This document shows, piece by piece, positions 8,864 to 18,504 of a stretch of DNA of 34,964 nucleotides. Position 1 is the first letter of the stretch. Each line of letters begins with the position of its first letter. The position numbers were made by a program, and so were the translations under genes. Source of the stretch: an uncultured Myxococcales bacterium (GTDB taxonomy: Bacteria > Myxococcota_A > Polyangia > Polyangiales > Houyiibacteriaceae); contig CBDUCC010000002.1 in NCBI GenBank assembly GCA_965365555.1, positions 1 to 34,964 on the forward strand. Reading direction: 5' to 3'. A model generated the notes under the pieces. The model searched no databases, was not told the origin of the DNA, and saw only the letters and a list, made by a program, of their open reading frames with translations.

Positions 8864-9838
8864 TTGGATGAACCCCGAAGCACTTCGATGACCTTGCCTG
8901 CTCGAAAACCCGATTGGCTTCGTGTGCGGCTCCCTGCCGGACCGCAGCAGCAGGAGTTTCAGAGCCTCCAAGCCCGCTTTCGGGGTCGTGGGTTGCACAC
9001 CGTCTGCGAGGAAGCGCGCTGCCCCAACATCTTCGAATGCTGGGGGCAGGGGACGGCCACCGTCATGATTCTCGGGGAGACCTGCACACGAGGCTGCCGG
9101 TTCTGCTCGGTCAACACCGGCAAGCCCGGCGGGCTCGTCGACGCGAACGAGCCGGAGAACACCGCGATCTCGTTGATGGAGATGGGCCTGGCGTACGTGG
9201 TGCTCACCATGGTCGACCGCGACGACCTCCCTGACGGCGGGGCGGCTCACGTCGCAGAGACGGTTCGAAGGATCAAACACCACAGTCCCGCTCTGCGTGT
9301 CGAGACGCTGGTCGGCGACTTCCTCGGGGCCGAGGCTGACGTCGCGACGGTCGTCTGCGAGGGACGCCCCGACGTGTTCGCGCACAACGTCGAGGTGGTT
9401 CCTCGGCTCCAGCGAACGATCCGCGACGCGCGTTGCTCTTGGGGCCGATCGACCGCCGTGCTCCGCTCCGCCAAGGACCTCGGCGCGCGTGTGACCAAGT
9501 CCTCATTGATGGTCGGTCTCGGGGAATCGCACGACGAGGTGATCGACGCGATGCGGCGGCTTCGCGATGCCGAGGTCGACGTCCTCACGATCGGACAGTA
9601 CCTGCGCCCGACCAAGCGGCACGCGAACGTCGTACGCTACGTGGAGCCAACGGAGTTCGCCGATTACGAGAGCGCCGGGCTCGAGCTCGGGTTTGCCTTC
9701 GTCGCCTCCGGCCCGTTGGTTCGATCGAGCTATCGCGCCGCGGAGGCGTTTCTCTCGGGCGTGTTGGCGGAGGAGGAGTCGATGGAACCCGCCATGAACC
9801 GATACGGGAAGAAACGGAAGCTTTCGGTACTGACCTGA
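8864..9838 (+). CDS. lipA: Lipoyl synthase (radical SAM)
   Basis: Both LipA Fe-S motifs are present: CEEARCPNIFEC (auxiliary cluster) and CTRGCRFC (radical SAM CxxxCxxC). The start is ambiguous: TTG at 8864 or ATG at 8888 (MTLPARKPDWLRV). Confidence 0.9.
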   Translation: MDEPRSTSMTLPARKPDWLRVRLPAGPQQQEFQSLQARFRGRGLHTVCEEARCPNIFECWGQGTATVMILGETCTRGCRFCSVNTGKPGGLVDANEPENTAISLMEMGLAYVVLTMVDRDDLPDGGAAHVAETVRRIKHHSPALRVETLVGDFLGAEADVATVVCEGRPDVFAHNVEVVPRLQRTIRDARCSWGRSTAVLRSAKDLGARVTKSSLMVGLGESHDEVIDAMRRLRDAEVDVLTIGQYLRPTKRHANVVRYVEPTEFADYESAGLELGFAFVASGPLVRSSYRAAEAFLSGVLAEEESMEPAMNRYGKKRKLSVLT

Positions 9839-9845
9839 GGGGTGC

Positions 9846-10928
9846 ATGCAAATCATTCGCGAGGACGGAAGTCTCGATCCACGGCTCGACCCCGGGCTCT
9901 GCGTCGAACATGTCGTCGCGCTTTACAAGGCCATGGTTCGAACCCGGGCGGTCGACGATCGGCTTCAGAAGATCCAGCGGCAGGGACGCATCGCCTTTCA
10001 CGTCGGCTCACTCGGCGAGGAGGCGGCCATCGTCGGGGCCGCGGCCGCGCTTCGGGACCAGGATTGGATCGTGCCCTGCTATCGCGAAGTGGGGGCGCTT
10101 CTTTGGCGTGGCTATCCATTGCAGCGTTACATCGACCACATGTACGGGAATGCCGGCGACCCGGCGCGGGGTCGCCAGATGCCGAGCCACAGCTTCAGTC
10201 GGGAGCACCGCTATCTCGCCGTCAGCGCGCCGATAGGCACGCAGATCCCACATGCCGTCGGACTGGCGATGGCGGCGAAGAAGCGAGGGCTCGACGAATG
10301 CGCTGCGGTGTTCTTCGGGGACGGCGCGACCAGCTCGAACGACTTCCACGCGGCGATGGGCTTCGCGGGCGTGTACCAGGCACCGGTGCTGTTTCTATGC
10401 CGGAACAACGGCTACGCGATCAGTCTGCCCGCCTCGGAACAGTGCGCTGCCGCGTCTCTGGCGGACAAGGCTCCGGGCTACGGAATTCCCGCAGTGCGCG
10501 TCGATGGAAATGATGCCCTAGCGGTCTGGAGCGTCGTGCGCGGGGCGGTGCAGCGCGCATCGGAGGGCGGCGGACCGACGTTCATCGAAATGACGACCTA
10601 CCGCCTGGGAGGTCACTCCACGTCGGACGATCCTCGCGTCTATCGAAGCGATGCCGAAGTCGAATCCTGGCGTCGCGAGGATCCGCTCTCGAAGCTCCGA
10701 AGGCACATCGAGCAGCGCGGTGTCTGGACGACGAACCTCGACGAAGAGTGGCATGCCAGGTGTGAAGCAGAGGTGCGAAATGCGGTGGGGCGCGCGGATT
10801 CCAAGCCGCCTTCCGAGCTCTCCGATCTCTTCACCGACGTGTATGCAGAACGACCATGGCATCTGCGCGAGCAGGAGGCGCAAGCGCTCCGAGATCGCGA
10901 GCCCAAGGAAAGGGCGGAGGACGCATGA
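9846..10928 (+). CDS. Thiamine-diphosphate-dependent 2-oxoacid dehydrogenase E1 alpha subunit, branched-chain keto-acid type
   Basis: 360 aa. TPP-binding motif GDGATSSNDFH...NNGYAIS and a BCKDH-like GRQMPSH motif. A GAGGGG SD precedes the ATG. Confidence 0.88.
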   Translation: MQIIREDGSLDPRLDPGLCVEHVVALYKAMVRTRAVDDRLQKIQRQGRIAFHVGSLGEEAAIVGAAAALRDQDWIVPCYREVGALLWRGYPLQRYIDHMYGNAGDPARGRQMPSHSFSREHRYLAVSAPIGTQIPHAVGLAMAAKKRGLDECAAVFFGDGATSSNDFHAAMGFAGVYQAPVLFLCRNNGYAISLPASEQCAAASLADKAPGYGIPAVRVDGNDALAVWSVVRGAVQRASEGGGPTFIEMTTYRLGGHSTSDDPRVYRSDAEVESWRREDPLSKLRRHIEQRGVWTTNLDEEWHARCEAEVRNAVGRADSKPPSELSDLFTDVYAERPWHLREQEAQALRDREPKERAEDA

Positions 10929-11899
10929 GCCAGATGACCCTCGTCCAGGCGATCCAGAGCGGCCTTCGTAACGCTTTGCAGGATGACGAGAACGTCCTGC
11001 TGATGGGCGAAGACATCGGGCGTCTCGGCGGAGTGTTTCGGGTCACCCAGGGGCTTCAAACCGAGTTCGGCACCGATCGCGTGATCGACACGCCGCTTTC
11101 CGAGACCGGCATCCTCGGCACGGCAATCGGGATGGCACTCCACGGCCTTCGTCCGGTCTCCGAGATCCAGTTTGCCGACTTCATCTACCCGGGTTTCGAC
11201 CAACTCGTGAGCGAGGCTGCCAAGTACCGCTACCGAACGGCCGGTGAGTTTCAAGTGCCGATGGTCGTTCGCACGCCCTATGGCGGAGGCATTCGCGGAG
11301 GGCAGTACCACTCGCAATCCCCCGAGTCTCTGTTCATCCACACGGCCGGCCTCAAAGTCGTCTGCCCGTCCAACCCCTACGACGCGAAGGGGCTGCTCTT
11401 GCAGGCGATTCAGGATCCCGACCCGGTCGTCTTTTTCGAACCGAAACGGGTGTACCGGGCGGTGAAGATGGAGGTTCCCGAGGACTCGTACACCGTGCCG
11501 CTGAGCGAAGCCAAGGTCGTTCGGGAAGGCACTGGGCTGACCTGTGTTGCCTGGGGCGCGATGCTGCTCGAAGCGTTCGCGGCTGCCGAAGAAGCCGCCG
11601 CCCAGGGCGTCGGTGTCGAGGTGATCGATCTGCGAACGCTGTGGCCTCTGGACATCGACACGTTGATCGGGAGCGTGCAAAAGACGGGGAGGCTGGTGGT
11701 CGTTCACGAGGCGCCACGAACCTGTGGTTTCGGTGCGGAGCTAGTCAGCCTCGTCACCGAGCGGGCGTTCCTTCATCTCGAAGCACCGCCGGTGAGGGTC
11801 ACCGGCTTCGATACCCCATTCCCTCTGACGCACGAACACGAGTACCTGCCGCTGGCCCCCCGGATCCTGCCGGCTCTGTTGGAGACGGCGAGGTACTGA
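10925..11899 (+). CDS. 2-oxoacid dehydrogenase E1 beta subunit
   Basis: Typical E1beta N-terminus (MSQMTLVQAIQSGLRNALQDDENVLLMGEDIG). The start is trimmed to the ATG at 10925, which overlaps the E1alpha stop (ATGA). The longer track ORF begins inside E1alpha. Confidence 0.88.
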   Translation: MSQMTLVQAIQSGLRNALQDDENVLLMGEDIGRLGGVFRVTQGLQTEFGTDRVIDTPLSETGILGTAIGMALHGLRPVSEIQFADFIYPGFDQLVSEAAKYRYRTAGEFQVPMVVRTPYGGGIRGGQYHSQSPESLFIHTAGLKVVCPSNPYDAKGLLLQAIQDPDPVVFFEPKRVYRAVKMEVPEDSYTVPLSEAKVVREGTGLTCVAWGAMLLEAFAAAEEAAAQGVGVEVIDLRTLWPLDIDTLIGSVQKTGRLVVVHEAPRTCGFGAELVSLVTERAFLHLEAPPVRVTGFDTPFPLTHEHEYLPLAPRILPALLETARY

Positions 11900-11901
11900 C
11901 C

Positions 11902-13131
11902 ATGGCCGTCGTCGACTTCAGGTTGCCCGACATGGCTGAAGGGGTGATGGAGGGCGAAATCGTTCAGTGGTTCGTTCAGGCCGGCGACCAGGTCGCCGAA
12001 GACGATCCCTTGGTCGAGGTGATGACCGACAAAGCGACGGTGACGATTGGCGCTCCCTACCAGGGCACGGTGGAGCGCCTCTTCGTCGAGGTCGGCCAGG
12101 TTGCGAAGGTCGGACAGTTGCTCCTCCGCCTTGCGCGGAGCGGTGAGGACGATGCCCCGGCGGCCACAGCGGTCGGGCATATCTCGAGGGAGCTTCCCGG
12201 AGCGTCGCTTTTCGGCCCGAGCACCCAGGACGCGAATGAAACCAAAAAGGCTCAAGAAACCGGCTACTTCGAGGAGAGACCCCTGGCCACACCGGCCACC
12301 CGGGGGCTCGCCAAGGAGCTCGGCCTCGACCTTCGACGGGTTCCGCCGAGCGGCGCCGGCGGGCGCGTGACGGCGGACGATGTACGCGCTGCCGCACCCG
12401 ATTCGAGCCCCGATGAGAGCCGAACGCCGCTTCGTGAAGAGCGCACTCCCATCCTCGGCCTGCGCCGAACGATCGCCAAGCGCATGCAGCGTTCGAAAAC
12501 CACGGCGGCGCACTTCACCTTCGTCGAGGAGTGCGATGCGTCGGCCCTGGTCGCCACGCGTGCGCGACTCGCGCCGGAGGCTGAACGACGGGGTACTCGG
12601 CTCACGTACCTCCCGTTCATCATCAAGGCCGTTGCCGATGCGCTTCGCAGTCACTCGATGCTGAACAGCGCGGTTGACGAGCAAACCAACGAGCTCGTTC
12701 GAAAAAAGTATTACAACATTGGCGTTGCGACGGCAACCGATGCGGGGCTCGTCGTCCCGGTCGTGCACGGTGCCGATCGGAAGGGTCTTTTCGAGGTGGC
12801 CGAGCGCGTCGTGTGGCTTTCCGATGCCGCGAGGGACGGGTCGCTCCAAGCGCGCGACTTCCGCGACTCGACCTTCACGATCACCTCCCTCGGGAAGCAC
12901 AGCGGTCTGCTGGCGACGCCGATCCTCAACCCACCCGAAGTCGGGATACTCGGCGTCCACCGCATCAAAGAGCGACCGGTCGTGCGGGATGGTGAGGTGG
13001 TCGTGGGCCAGGTGATGTTGCTCTCGCTCTCCTTCGATCACCGGGTCGTCGACGGCCATGTCGGCGCCGCCTTCGCATACGATGTCATCGAGATCCTCGA
13101 GGACCCCGAGCGGCTTTCCGAGTACGTCTGA
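11902..13131 (+). CDS. Dihydrolipoamide acyltransferase E2 component
   Basis: Lipoyl domain with EVMTDKATV (lipoyl-lysine), a peripheral-subunit-binding domain (ATPATRGLAKELGLDL) and a catalytic domain with DHRVVDG. The start is trimmed to the ATG at 11902, 2 nt after the E1beta stop. Confidence 0.9.
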   Translation: MAVVDFRLPDMAEGVMEGEIVQWFVQAGDQVAEDDPLVEVMTDKATVTIGAPYQGTVERLFVEVGQVAKVGQLLLRLARSGEDDAPAATAVGHISRELPGASLFGPSTQDANETKKAQETGYFEERPLATPATRGLAKELGLDLRRVPPSGAGGRVTADDVRAAAPDSSPDESRTPLREERTPILGLRRTIAKRMQRSKTTAAHFTFVEECDASALVATRARLAPEAERRGTRLTYLPFIIKAVADALRSHSMLNSAVDEQTNELVRKKYYNIGVATATDAGLVVPVVHGADRKGLFEVAERVVWLSDAARDGSLQARDFRDSTFTITSLGKHSGLLATPILNPPEVGILGVHRIKERPVVRDGEVVVGQVMLLSLSFDHRVVDGHVGAAFAYDVIEILEDPERLSEYV

Positions 13132-14178
13132 ATGAGTTCCGTACCTGCCAAGCTGCTCCAATGGTACGACCGGGTTGCGCGTGACCTTCCCTGGCGCGGG
13201 GTCGACGACCCGTACGCCGTCTGGGTCTCCGAGATCATGCTTCAACAGACCCGCGTCGATACCGTGATCCCGTACTATCGGCGCTTCCTCGAGCGCTTTC
13301 CAACCTTGCAGGCGCTCGCCCAGGCCGACGAGGACAGCGTGCTCGCGCATTGGAGCGGGCTTGGCTACTACCGCCGAGCACGAATGCTTCATGCGGGAGC
13401 GCGCGAGGTGGTCGCCCAGTACGGAGGCCGAGTCCCCGAAGACCCCGCTGCGCGCCGCGCACTGCCGGGGGTAGGCCGGTACACCGCAGGTGCGATCGGA
13501 AGCATCGCCTTCGGCAAGCCGGAGGCGGTCGTCGATGGCAACGTCGCCCGCGTGCTTGCGCGTCTTCTGCACATCGACCTTCCGCTTGGGACCAGTGCGA
13601 TGGACCGACGGCTCTGGGAGGAGGCCGAGGGTCTGGTCCGTCGGGTACCTCCAGGGCGACCGGGAGATTTCAACCAAGCCCTGATGGAGTTGGGCGCGAC
13701 CGTTTGCAGACCGCGCCAGCCCACGTGCGAGCTCTGTCCGCTCGCGGATGAATGCCGAGCCCATGGCCGCGGTGTCACCGAGCAGCTTCCGATTCCAAAG
13801 GCTCGAAAGGCTCCAAAGCACGTCGACCTTTGCGCCGTGATCGCAACCTCGGGCAGCGGCGCTGCGCGTGAGCTCTGGCTCGTCAAAGGGGAGGCGGCGC
13901 TCTTCGGAGGCCTATGGAGCCTGCCGATGGCCGAAAGCGGGCCACGCGAGGCCCTCCTCGAGCTTGGTATTCGGGCTCGAGTCCGCGCCCGCCCCGAAGG
14001 CGAGTTCGAGCACGTCCTCTCCCACCGCCGAATGCGCGTCACGCTCTACCGGGCGACCGGAGCGGCGGCCGTCCCCGGTACCACGCTGCGCCCGTTCAAC
14101 GAGCCCGAGCTGCCCAAGGTCGGCATCTCCGCCCTCACCAAGAAACTCTTGGGACACGAAGCCCCTCCAAAACCCTAG
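13132..14178 (+). CDS. mutY: A/G-specific adenine DNA glycosylase
   Basis: HhH-GPD N-terminus (PWRGVDDPYAVWVSEIMLQQTRV), Fe-S cluster loop CRPRQPTCELCPLADEC and a NUDIX-like C-terminal domain. The ATG directly abuts the E2 stop (TGAATG). Confidence 0.9.
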   Translation: MSSVPAKLLQWYDRVARDLPWRGVDDPYAVWVSEIMLQQTRVDTVIPYYRRFLERFPTLQALAQADEDSVLAHWSGLGYYRRARMLHAGAREVVAQYGGRVPEDPAARRALPGVGRYTAGAIGSIAFGKPEAVVDGNVARVLARLLHIDLPLGTSAMDRRLWEEAEGLVRRVPPGRPGDFNQALMELGATVCRPRQPTCELCPLADECRAHGRGVTEQLPIPKARKAPKHVDLCAVIATSGSGAARELWLVKGEAALFGGLWSLPMAESGPREALLELGIRARVRARPEGEFEHVLSHRRMRVTLYRATGAAAVPGTTLRPFNEPELPKVGISALTKKLLGHEAPPKP

Positions 14179-14227
14179 CTATTTCAAGCCGTTACAATAC
14201 CAAACGCGAATTTCAGCGCCTGCCGAG

Positions 14228-15496
14228 CTAGCGCGCCTGCCGCCAGAGCTCGCCGAGGGAAGGTCGCGATCCGGTCAGCAGGAAGCCGACGCGAAAGAGA
14301 CGGGCGCCGATGCGGATGGCGACGCCGATCGAGATGACCAGAACCCCGATCGAGCCGGCGACCTCCCACCAGGCGACGCCCGAAGCATCGACGGCGAGGC
14401 GAACGATCACCGTCAGCGGCGAGGTAAACGGGATCCAGGTCATCACTTGGCCCAACACCCCGTTCGGTTCCTCGAGCAGAATCACGAGAACCATCAAGGG
14501 CACGATCGCAAGCATCGCCCAGCCCATGGTCAGCTTCTGACTCTCGGCAGCGTTGGCACCGAGCGCTGCCGTAGCGAGCATCAGGCTTCCGAGAAACAAA
14601 TAGCCGAGGACGAATAGCAGCGGCGAAACCAGGATGGCCAGCCAAGGCACGGTCACGACCGCTGCCAACGCCGCTGACGCAGCCAGAGCAATGAACACGA
14701 CCATCGACGACCAGACTGCGAACTGCAGGAGCCCTGCTGCGCCGAGGCCGAACAGCTTTCCGGCCAAGATCTCTTCGGGAGTAACCGAAGAGAGCAACAC
14801 CTCGACGATCTTGCTCTCTTTGTCCGTTGCGACCGTTTGGACGAGGTAGCCGGAGGCGCTCAGGAGGGCCGTCAACAGGAGCACCCCCAGGAACAAAGGA
14901 ATCGTCGTTCGCATCAGGAGGTCGAGCGCTTCGTCGACCTCTTCGATCACGGCGTCCCCCGGCCCGAGTCGGCTTCGAACGAACCGTGCGGGCGAGATGA
15001 CCCGCTCTTCCACCGCCTCGTCCACCTGGCCTTCGAGAAGCGAGCGCCGTAGAAGCGAACGCAAAAGTGGCTCGACGGCCGTCCCACGCATGCTCAACAA
15101 AGGCGTCTTGTCCGACTGAATCGCACGAACCTCGCCCGCCGCCAGATAGTCACTCGGAACCACGTACAGGGAGCGCAGAGCCCCCTTTGCGAGTTCTTTT
15201 TCTGCATCCTCGGGACTACCGAAGAGGATGATCGCGTTGCGGTCGACCGTCCATACCGGAACGCCATCCCGTGTTTCGAACACCGACCGGTCGACCACCC
15301 CTGCCTCGTCGACCAGTCCGAATGCGGAGCTCTGCGCGGCTCGCTGCGAAAGGAAGTAGGTCTGGACCCCGAGCACCGTGCCAGAGACTCCGGCCAAGAA
15401 AAGCGGCAGGCCGAAGGTGGTCAGCAGGTACGACCATCGTTTGACCACCGACGCAAACTCGAAACGCGCCACCGCCGCCGTCCGGTCGAGACGCAT
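14228..15496 (-). CDS. ABC-2 family transporter permease (NatB-like)
   Basis: 422 aa: one N-terminal TM, a large extracytoplasmic loop, then a cluster of about 5 C-terminal TM helices. It lies 2 nt downstream of the ABC ATPase gene. Confidence 0.75.
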   Translation of the reverse strand: MRLDRTAAVARFEFASVVKRWSYLLTTFGLPLFLAGVSGTVLGVQTYFLSQRAAQSSAFGLVDEAGVVDRSVFETRDGVPVWTVDRNAIILFGSPEDAEKELAKGALRSLYVVPSDYLAAGEVRAIQSDKTPLLSMRGTAVEPLLRSLLRRSLLEGQVDEAVEERVISPARFVRSRLGPGDAVIEEVDEALDLLMRTTIPLFLGVLLLTALLSASGYLVQTVATDKESKIVEVLLSSVTPEEILAGKLFGLGAAGLLQFAVWSSMVVFIALAASAALAAVVTVPWLAILVSPLLFVLGYLFLGSLMLATAALGANAAESQKLTMGWAMLAIVPLMVLVILLEEPNGVLGQVMTWIPFTSPLTVIVRLAVDASGVAWWEVAGSIGVLVISIGVAIRIGARLFRVGFLLTGSRPSLGELWRQAR

Positions 15497-15498
15497 TC

Positions 15499-16389
15499 CT
15501 ATCGTTCCTCGCTCACGAGCCTGACGAAGATCTCATCCATGCGCGCCACCAGGGGCTCGTATCGGTCGACGACCACCCCACTTCGAATCAGCCCCTCGAG
15601 ATAGCCCGACGCCGTGTCGCTTGGCCCCAGCTCGACACGCCAGCTGCCCGCTTCGTGTTGGCGCGCCGGCATCCCCAGCGCATCGAGATCGGTCCCGGTC
15701 CAAACGATCACTTCGTTCGGCGAGTAGCGGCGTCGCACCTCGTCGAGCTCTCCGTAGACCACGAGCCGCCCCTGATGGACCAGCGCCACCCGATCGCAGA
15801 GCGCTTCGACTTGATGCATCATGTGTGTCGACAACACGGTCGTGCGCCCGCAGGCTCGACGCTCTTCGATCAGCTCGGTGACCAACGCCACGTTCACCGG
15901 GTCCAACCCCGAGAACGGCTCATCCAGAACGCAGAGCTCGGGCTCGCTCATGAGACAGGCCGCGATCTGCACCTTCTGAGTCATGCCCTTCGAGAGGCTC
16001 TCCACCCGCTGGTCGGCAACTCGGCCAAGCCCGACTCGCTCGAGCCACCGCCCGGCGGCATTCTTCGCCTCCGCCCGAGCCATCCCCTTGAGCCTGCCCA
16101 GGTACTCGAGCAGACCCCGGACCTTCGCGCGCCGGTAGACCCCTCGTTCCTCGGGGAGGTAGGCGGTCCGGTCGAGCGCTTCCCGCTGGGGCGCCGCTCC
16201 GAAGAGCTCCACCTCGCCCGTATCCGGACGGAGAATGTCCAGCCCAATCCGGATCAGTGTGGTCTTGCCAGCGCCGTTCGGACCGAGGAGCCCGAACACT
16301 TCGCCGGGCTCCACGTCGAGCGACACGTCCGCGAGGGCGGTGTGTCGACCGAAGTGCTTGCACACCCCTCGATAGGCGAGAATCCCCAC
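15499..16389 (-). CDS. ABC transporter ATP-binding protein (NatA-like)
   Basis: Walker A GPNGAGKTT, signature LSKGMTQKV, Walker B VLDEPFSGLD and an H-loop (STHMM). Confidence 0.9.
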   Translation of the reverse strand: MGILAYRGVCKHFGRHTALADVSLDVEPGEVFGLLGPNGAGKTTLIRIGLDILRPDTGEVELFGAAPQREALDRTAYLPEERGVYRRAKVRGLLEYLGRLKGMARAEAKNAAGRWLERVGLGRVADQRVESLSKGMTQKVQIAACLMSEPELCVLDEPFSGLDPVNVALVTELIEERRACGRTTVLSTHMMHQVEALCDRVALVHQGRLVVYGELDEVRRRYSPNEVIVWTGTDLDALGMPARQHEAGSWRVELGPSDTASGYLEGLIRSGVVVDRYEPLVARMDEIFVRLVSEER

Positions 16390-16428
16390 CCGACTAGTGT
16401 ATCGGGCCTCGCTGGGCCCGCGCCAGCC

Positions 16429-17097
16429 TCACTGAACGGCGGCGGGCTCCGGAAGATCGAACTCCTCGAGCAAACGTCCCATGTCCGCCTCGGCAGCCGA
16501 GTAAAACGCCACCGTTCGCGCGCCAAAGTCGATCACCGTGAACGACTGCTCGTCCTTGCGGTGCAGCGTTCCGGCGTTGACCACCGTGAGCCCCGGAAAC
16601 ACGCGGATCATCCGCTGATGCGTGTGACCGCCGATCATGTATTGAACGCCATCGTCCAGCATCAGCTCGCGCAACGTCGGGATGTCCTGCAGCGCGTACC
16701 CGCGCGTCTCTGGAAGAAGCCAGGCTTCGTCGTCTTCGCCGACGCCGTGGCATAGGATCGTTGGCCCGGCCGGGGTCTCGAAGCGTCGCAGCTTCCTCAG
16801 ACTCTGGAGGAATCTTCGGGACTCCTTGCTCACGGCCTCGGTCGCGTGTTCGAGCTCGCGCCGCTGACCGTCGAGAAACCATCGCTCGTGGTTGCCCGCC
16901 ACGCACTGAACGCCGCGCGACTCGAGGATCCCGAGGGTGAGGTCGGCGTCGCCTGGGCCATCGACGAGGTCTCCGACGCAGAGCACCGCATCGAGGTCCA
17001 TCGCTTCGAGAGCATCGAGCACTCGATCGAGAGTTTCGGACTCACAATGCACGTCCCCAACGACGCCCACTCGAACCACCCTGGCCGTACGGACCAC
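16429..17097 (-). CDS. Calcineurin-like metallophosphoesterase family protein
   Basis: Canonical motif series GDVHCE, GDLVDG, GNHE and GHTH in a 222-aa ORF. Confidence 0.8.
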   Translation of the reverse strand: MVRTARVVRVGVVGDVHCESETLDRVLDALEAMDLDAVLCVGDLVDGPGDADLTLGILESRGVQCVAGNHERWFLDGQRRELEHATEAVSKESRRFLQSLRKLRRFETPAGPTILCHGVGEDDEAWLLPETRGYALQDIPTLRELMLDDGVQYMIGGHTHQRMIRVFPGLTVVNAGTLHRKDEQSFTVIDFGARTVAFYSAAEADMGRLLEEFDLPEPAAVQ

Positions 17098-17181
17098 GTC
17101 TCCAATCTAGGCCCCTTTTCGGCGACGTGCCAACAAGCGTGCGGCTGGTGCTCGCAGGGCTCCTGTTGTAGACCCGCCTGC

Positions 17182-18504
17182 ATGTTGGACCTCCGCCAGG
17201 TGAGCGAGCACCTCGCCGATGTGAAGAGCGCCCTGGCTCGGCGTGGCTTCGGCGACGCCGAGCTCCTCGAACGACTTGGAAAGCTCGCGGAGGAGCGGCG
17301 CGGCGTGATTACCGATGTCGAAGCGCTGCGCCAGCAGCGAAACGAAGCGAGTCAGGCGATGGGTCGAGTGGCCGACAAGAAGTCAGCCGAGTTCCAGGCC
17401 AAGCGAGAAGAGCTGCGCGCCCTCGGGGACCGAATCAAGGCCCTCGAGGATAGGCAAGCGGAGCTCGAGGCGGAGCTCGAGACCATCCTTGTGAACCTCC
17501 CGAATCTGCCCGACCCCGACACTCCCGACGGGCTCAGCGAAAGCGACAACGTAGAGCAGCGCGTCTGGGGAGAGCGCCCGAGCTTCGAATTCGAGCCTCG
17601 GGACCACGTCGAGGTGGGAACGGCCCTCGGCATTCTGGACTTCGAACGTGCCGCCAAGATCAGCGGTTCCCGATTCGTCGTGTTGAAGGGTCTCGGCTCG
17701 CGTCTCAACCGCGCGCTGATGCAGTTCATGCTCGACGTGCACACGGGGGAGCACGGTTACGAAGAAGTCTGGTCGCCCGTCTTGGTCAAGGACAGTGCCA
17801 TGCGCGGCACGAGTCAGCTCCCGAAGTTCGAGAAGGATGCGTTTCGAATTGCCAAGGACGCGACTTGGGAGGCCGAAGCCGAGGCGCAGGGGCACGATCT
17901 CTTCCTCGTGCCGACGGCCGAGGTGCCGATCACCAATCTGCACGCCGAGGAGATCCTCGACGGCTCCGTTCTGCCGTTCGGCTACACCGGCTACACCGCC
18001 TGTTTCCGCAGCGAGGCCGGAAGCTATGGCAAAGACACCCGCGGCATGATACGCGTCCACCAGTTCGACAAGGTCGAGCTCGTCCGTTTCTGCCGCCCCG
18101 AGCAGGCCGAGGCTCAGCTCGAGCTGCTCACGGGGCATGCGGAGGCGATCCTTCAGAAGCTCGGGCTCCATTACCGCGTCGTTCAGCTTTGCGCTGGCGA
18201 CATGGGATTCGCTGCACGAAAGTCCTACGACCTCGAGGTGTGGTTGCCAGCACAAAAGGCCTACCGTGAGATCTCGAGTTGCTCTTGGTTCGGCGATTTT
18301 CAGGCGCGTCGGATGAAAGCGCGATTCAGGCCGGAGCCCAAAGGCAAGCCACAACTCGTCCACACCCTCAACGGTTCGGGCCTCGCCATCGGGCGTACAC
18401 TGGTGGCCATCCTTGAGCAGAATCAAGAGGCCGACGGCAGCGTCCGCGTTCCCGAGGCCTTGGTTCCCTACATGGGCGGAATCGAGCGTATCCTCCCCCG
18501 CTAG
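17182..18504 (+). CDS. serS: Seryl-tRNA synthetase
   Basis: N-terminal coiled-coil arm (MLDLRQVSEHLADVKSALARRG...) and class II core motifs (FRSEAGSYGKDTRGMIRVHQF; TLNGSGLAIGRTLVAILE). The start is trimmed to the ATG at 17182. The upstream part of the track ORF is antisense to the phosphoesterase gene. Confidence 0.92.
   Translation: MLDLRQVSEHLADVKSALARRGFGDAELLERLGKLAEERRGVITDVEALRQQRNEASQAMGRVADKKSAEFQAKREELRALGDRIKALEDRQAELEAELETILVNLPNLPDPDTPDGLSESDNVEQRVWGERPSFEFEPRDHVEVGTALGILDFERAAKISGSRFVVLKGLGSRLNRALMQFMLDVHTGEHGYEEVWSPVLVKDSAMRGTSQLPKFEKDAFRIAKDATWEAEAEAQGHDLFLVPTAEVPITNLHAEEILDGSVLPFGYTGYTACFRSEAGSYGKDTRGMIRVHQFDKVELVRFCRPEQAEAQLELLTGHAEAILQKLGLHYRVVQLCAGDMGFAARKSYDLEVWLPAQKAYREISSCSWFGDFQARRMKARFRPEPKGKPQLVHTLNGSGLAIGRTLVAILEQNQEADGSVRVPEALVPYMGGIERILPR

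Noticed and set aside
11773-13821. Very long alternative-frame or antisense ORFs. Examples: 11773-13821 (682 aa), 31708-33456 (582 aa), 17383-18900 (505 aa), 19120-20634 (504 aa), 28673-30079 (468 aa), 6638-7909, 2659-3858, 2177-3262, 10640-11707, 15655-16755, 18627-19484 and 30013-30969.
   Set aside because: Their translations are Arg/Pro/Gly/Ala-rich and low in complexity, which is typical of off-frame reading of GC-rich coding DNA. Each is completely covered by an ORF with clear family motifs (E2/mutY, permease, serS, mbnH, DGC, CPA2, E1, ABC ATPase, murB). Stop codons are simply rare in such DNA, so length alone is not evidence.
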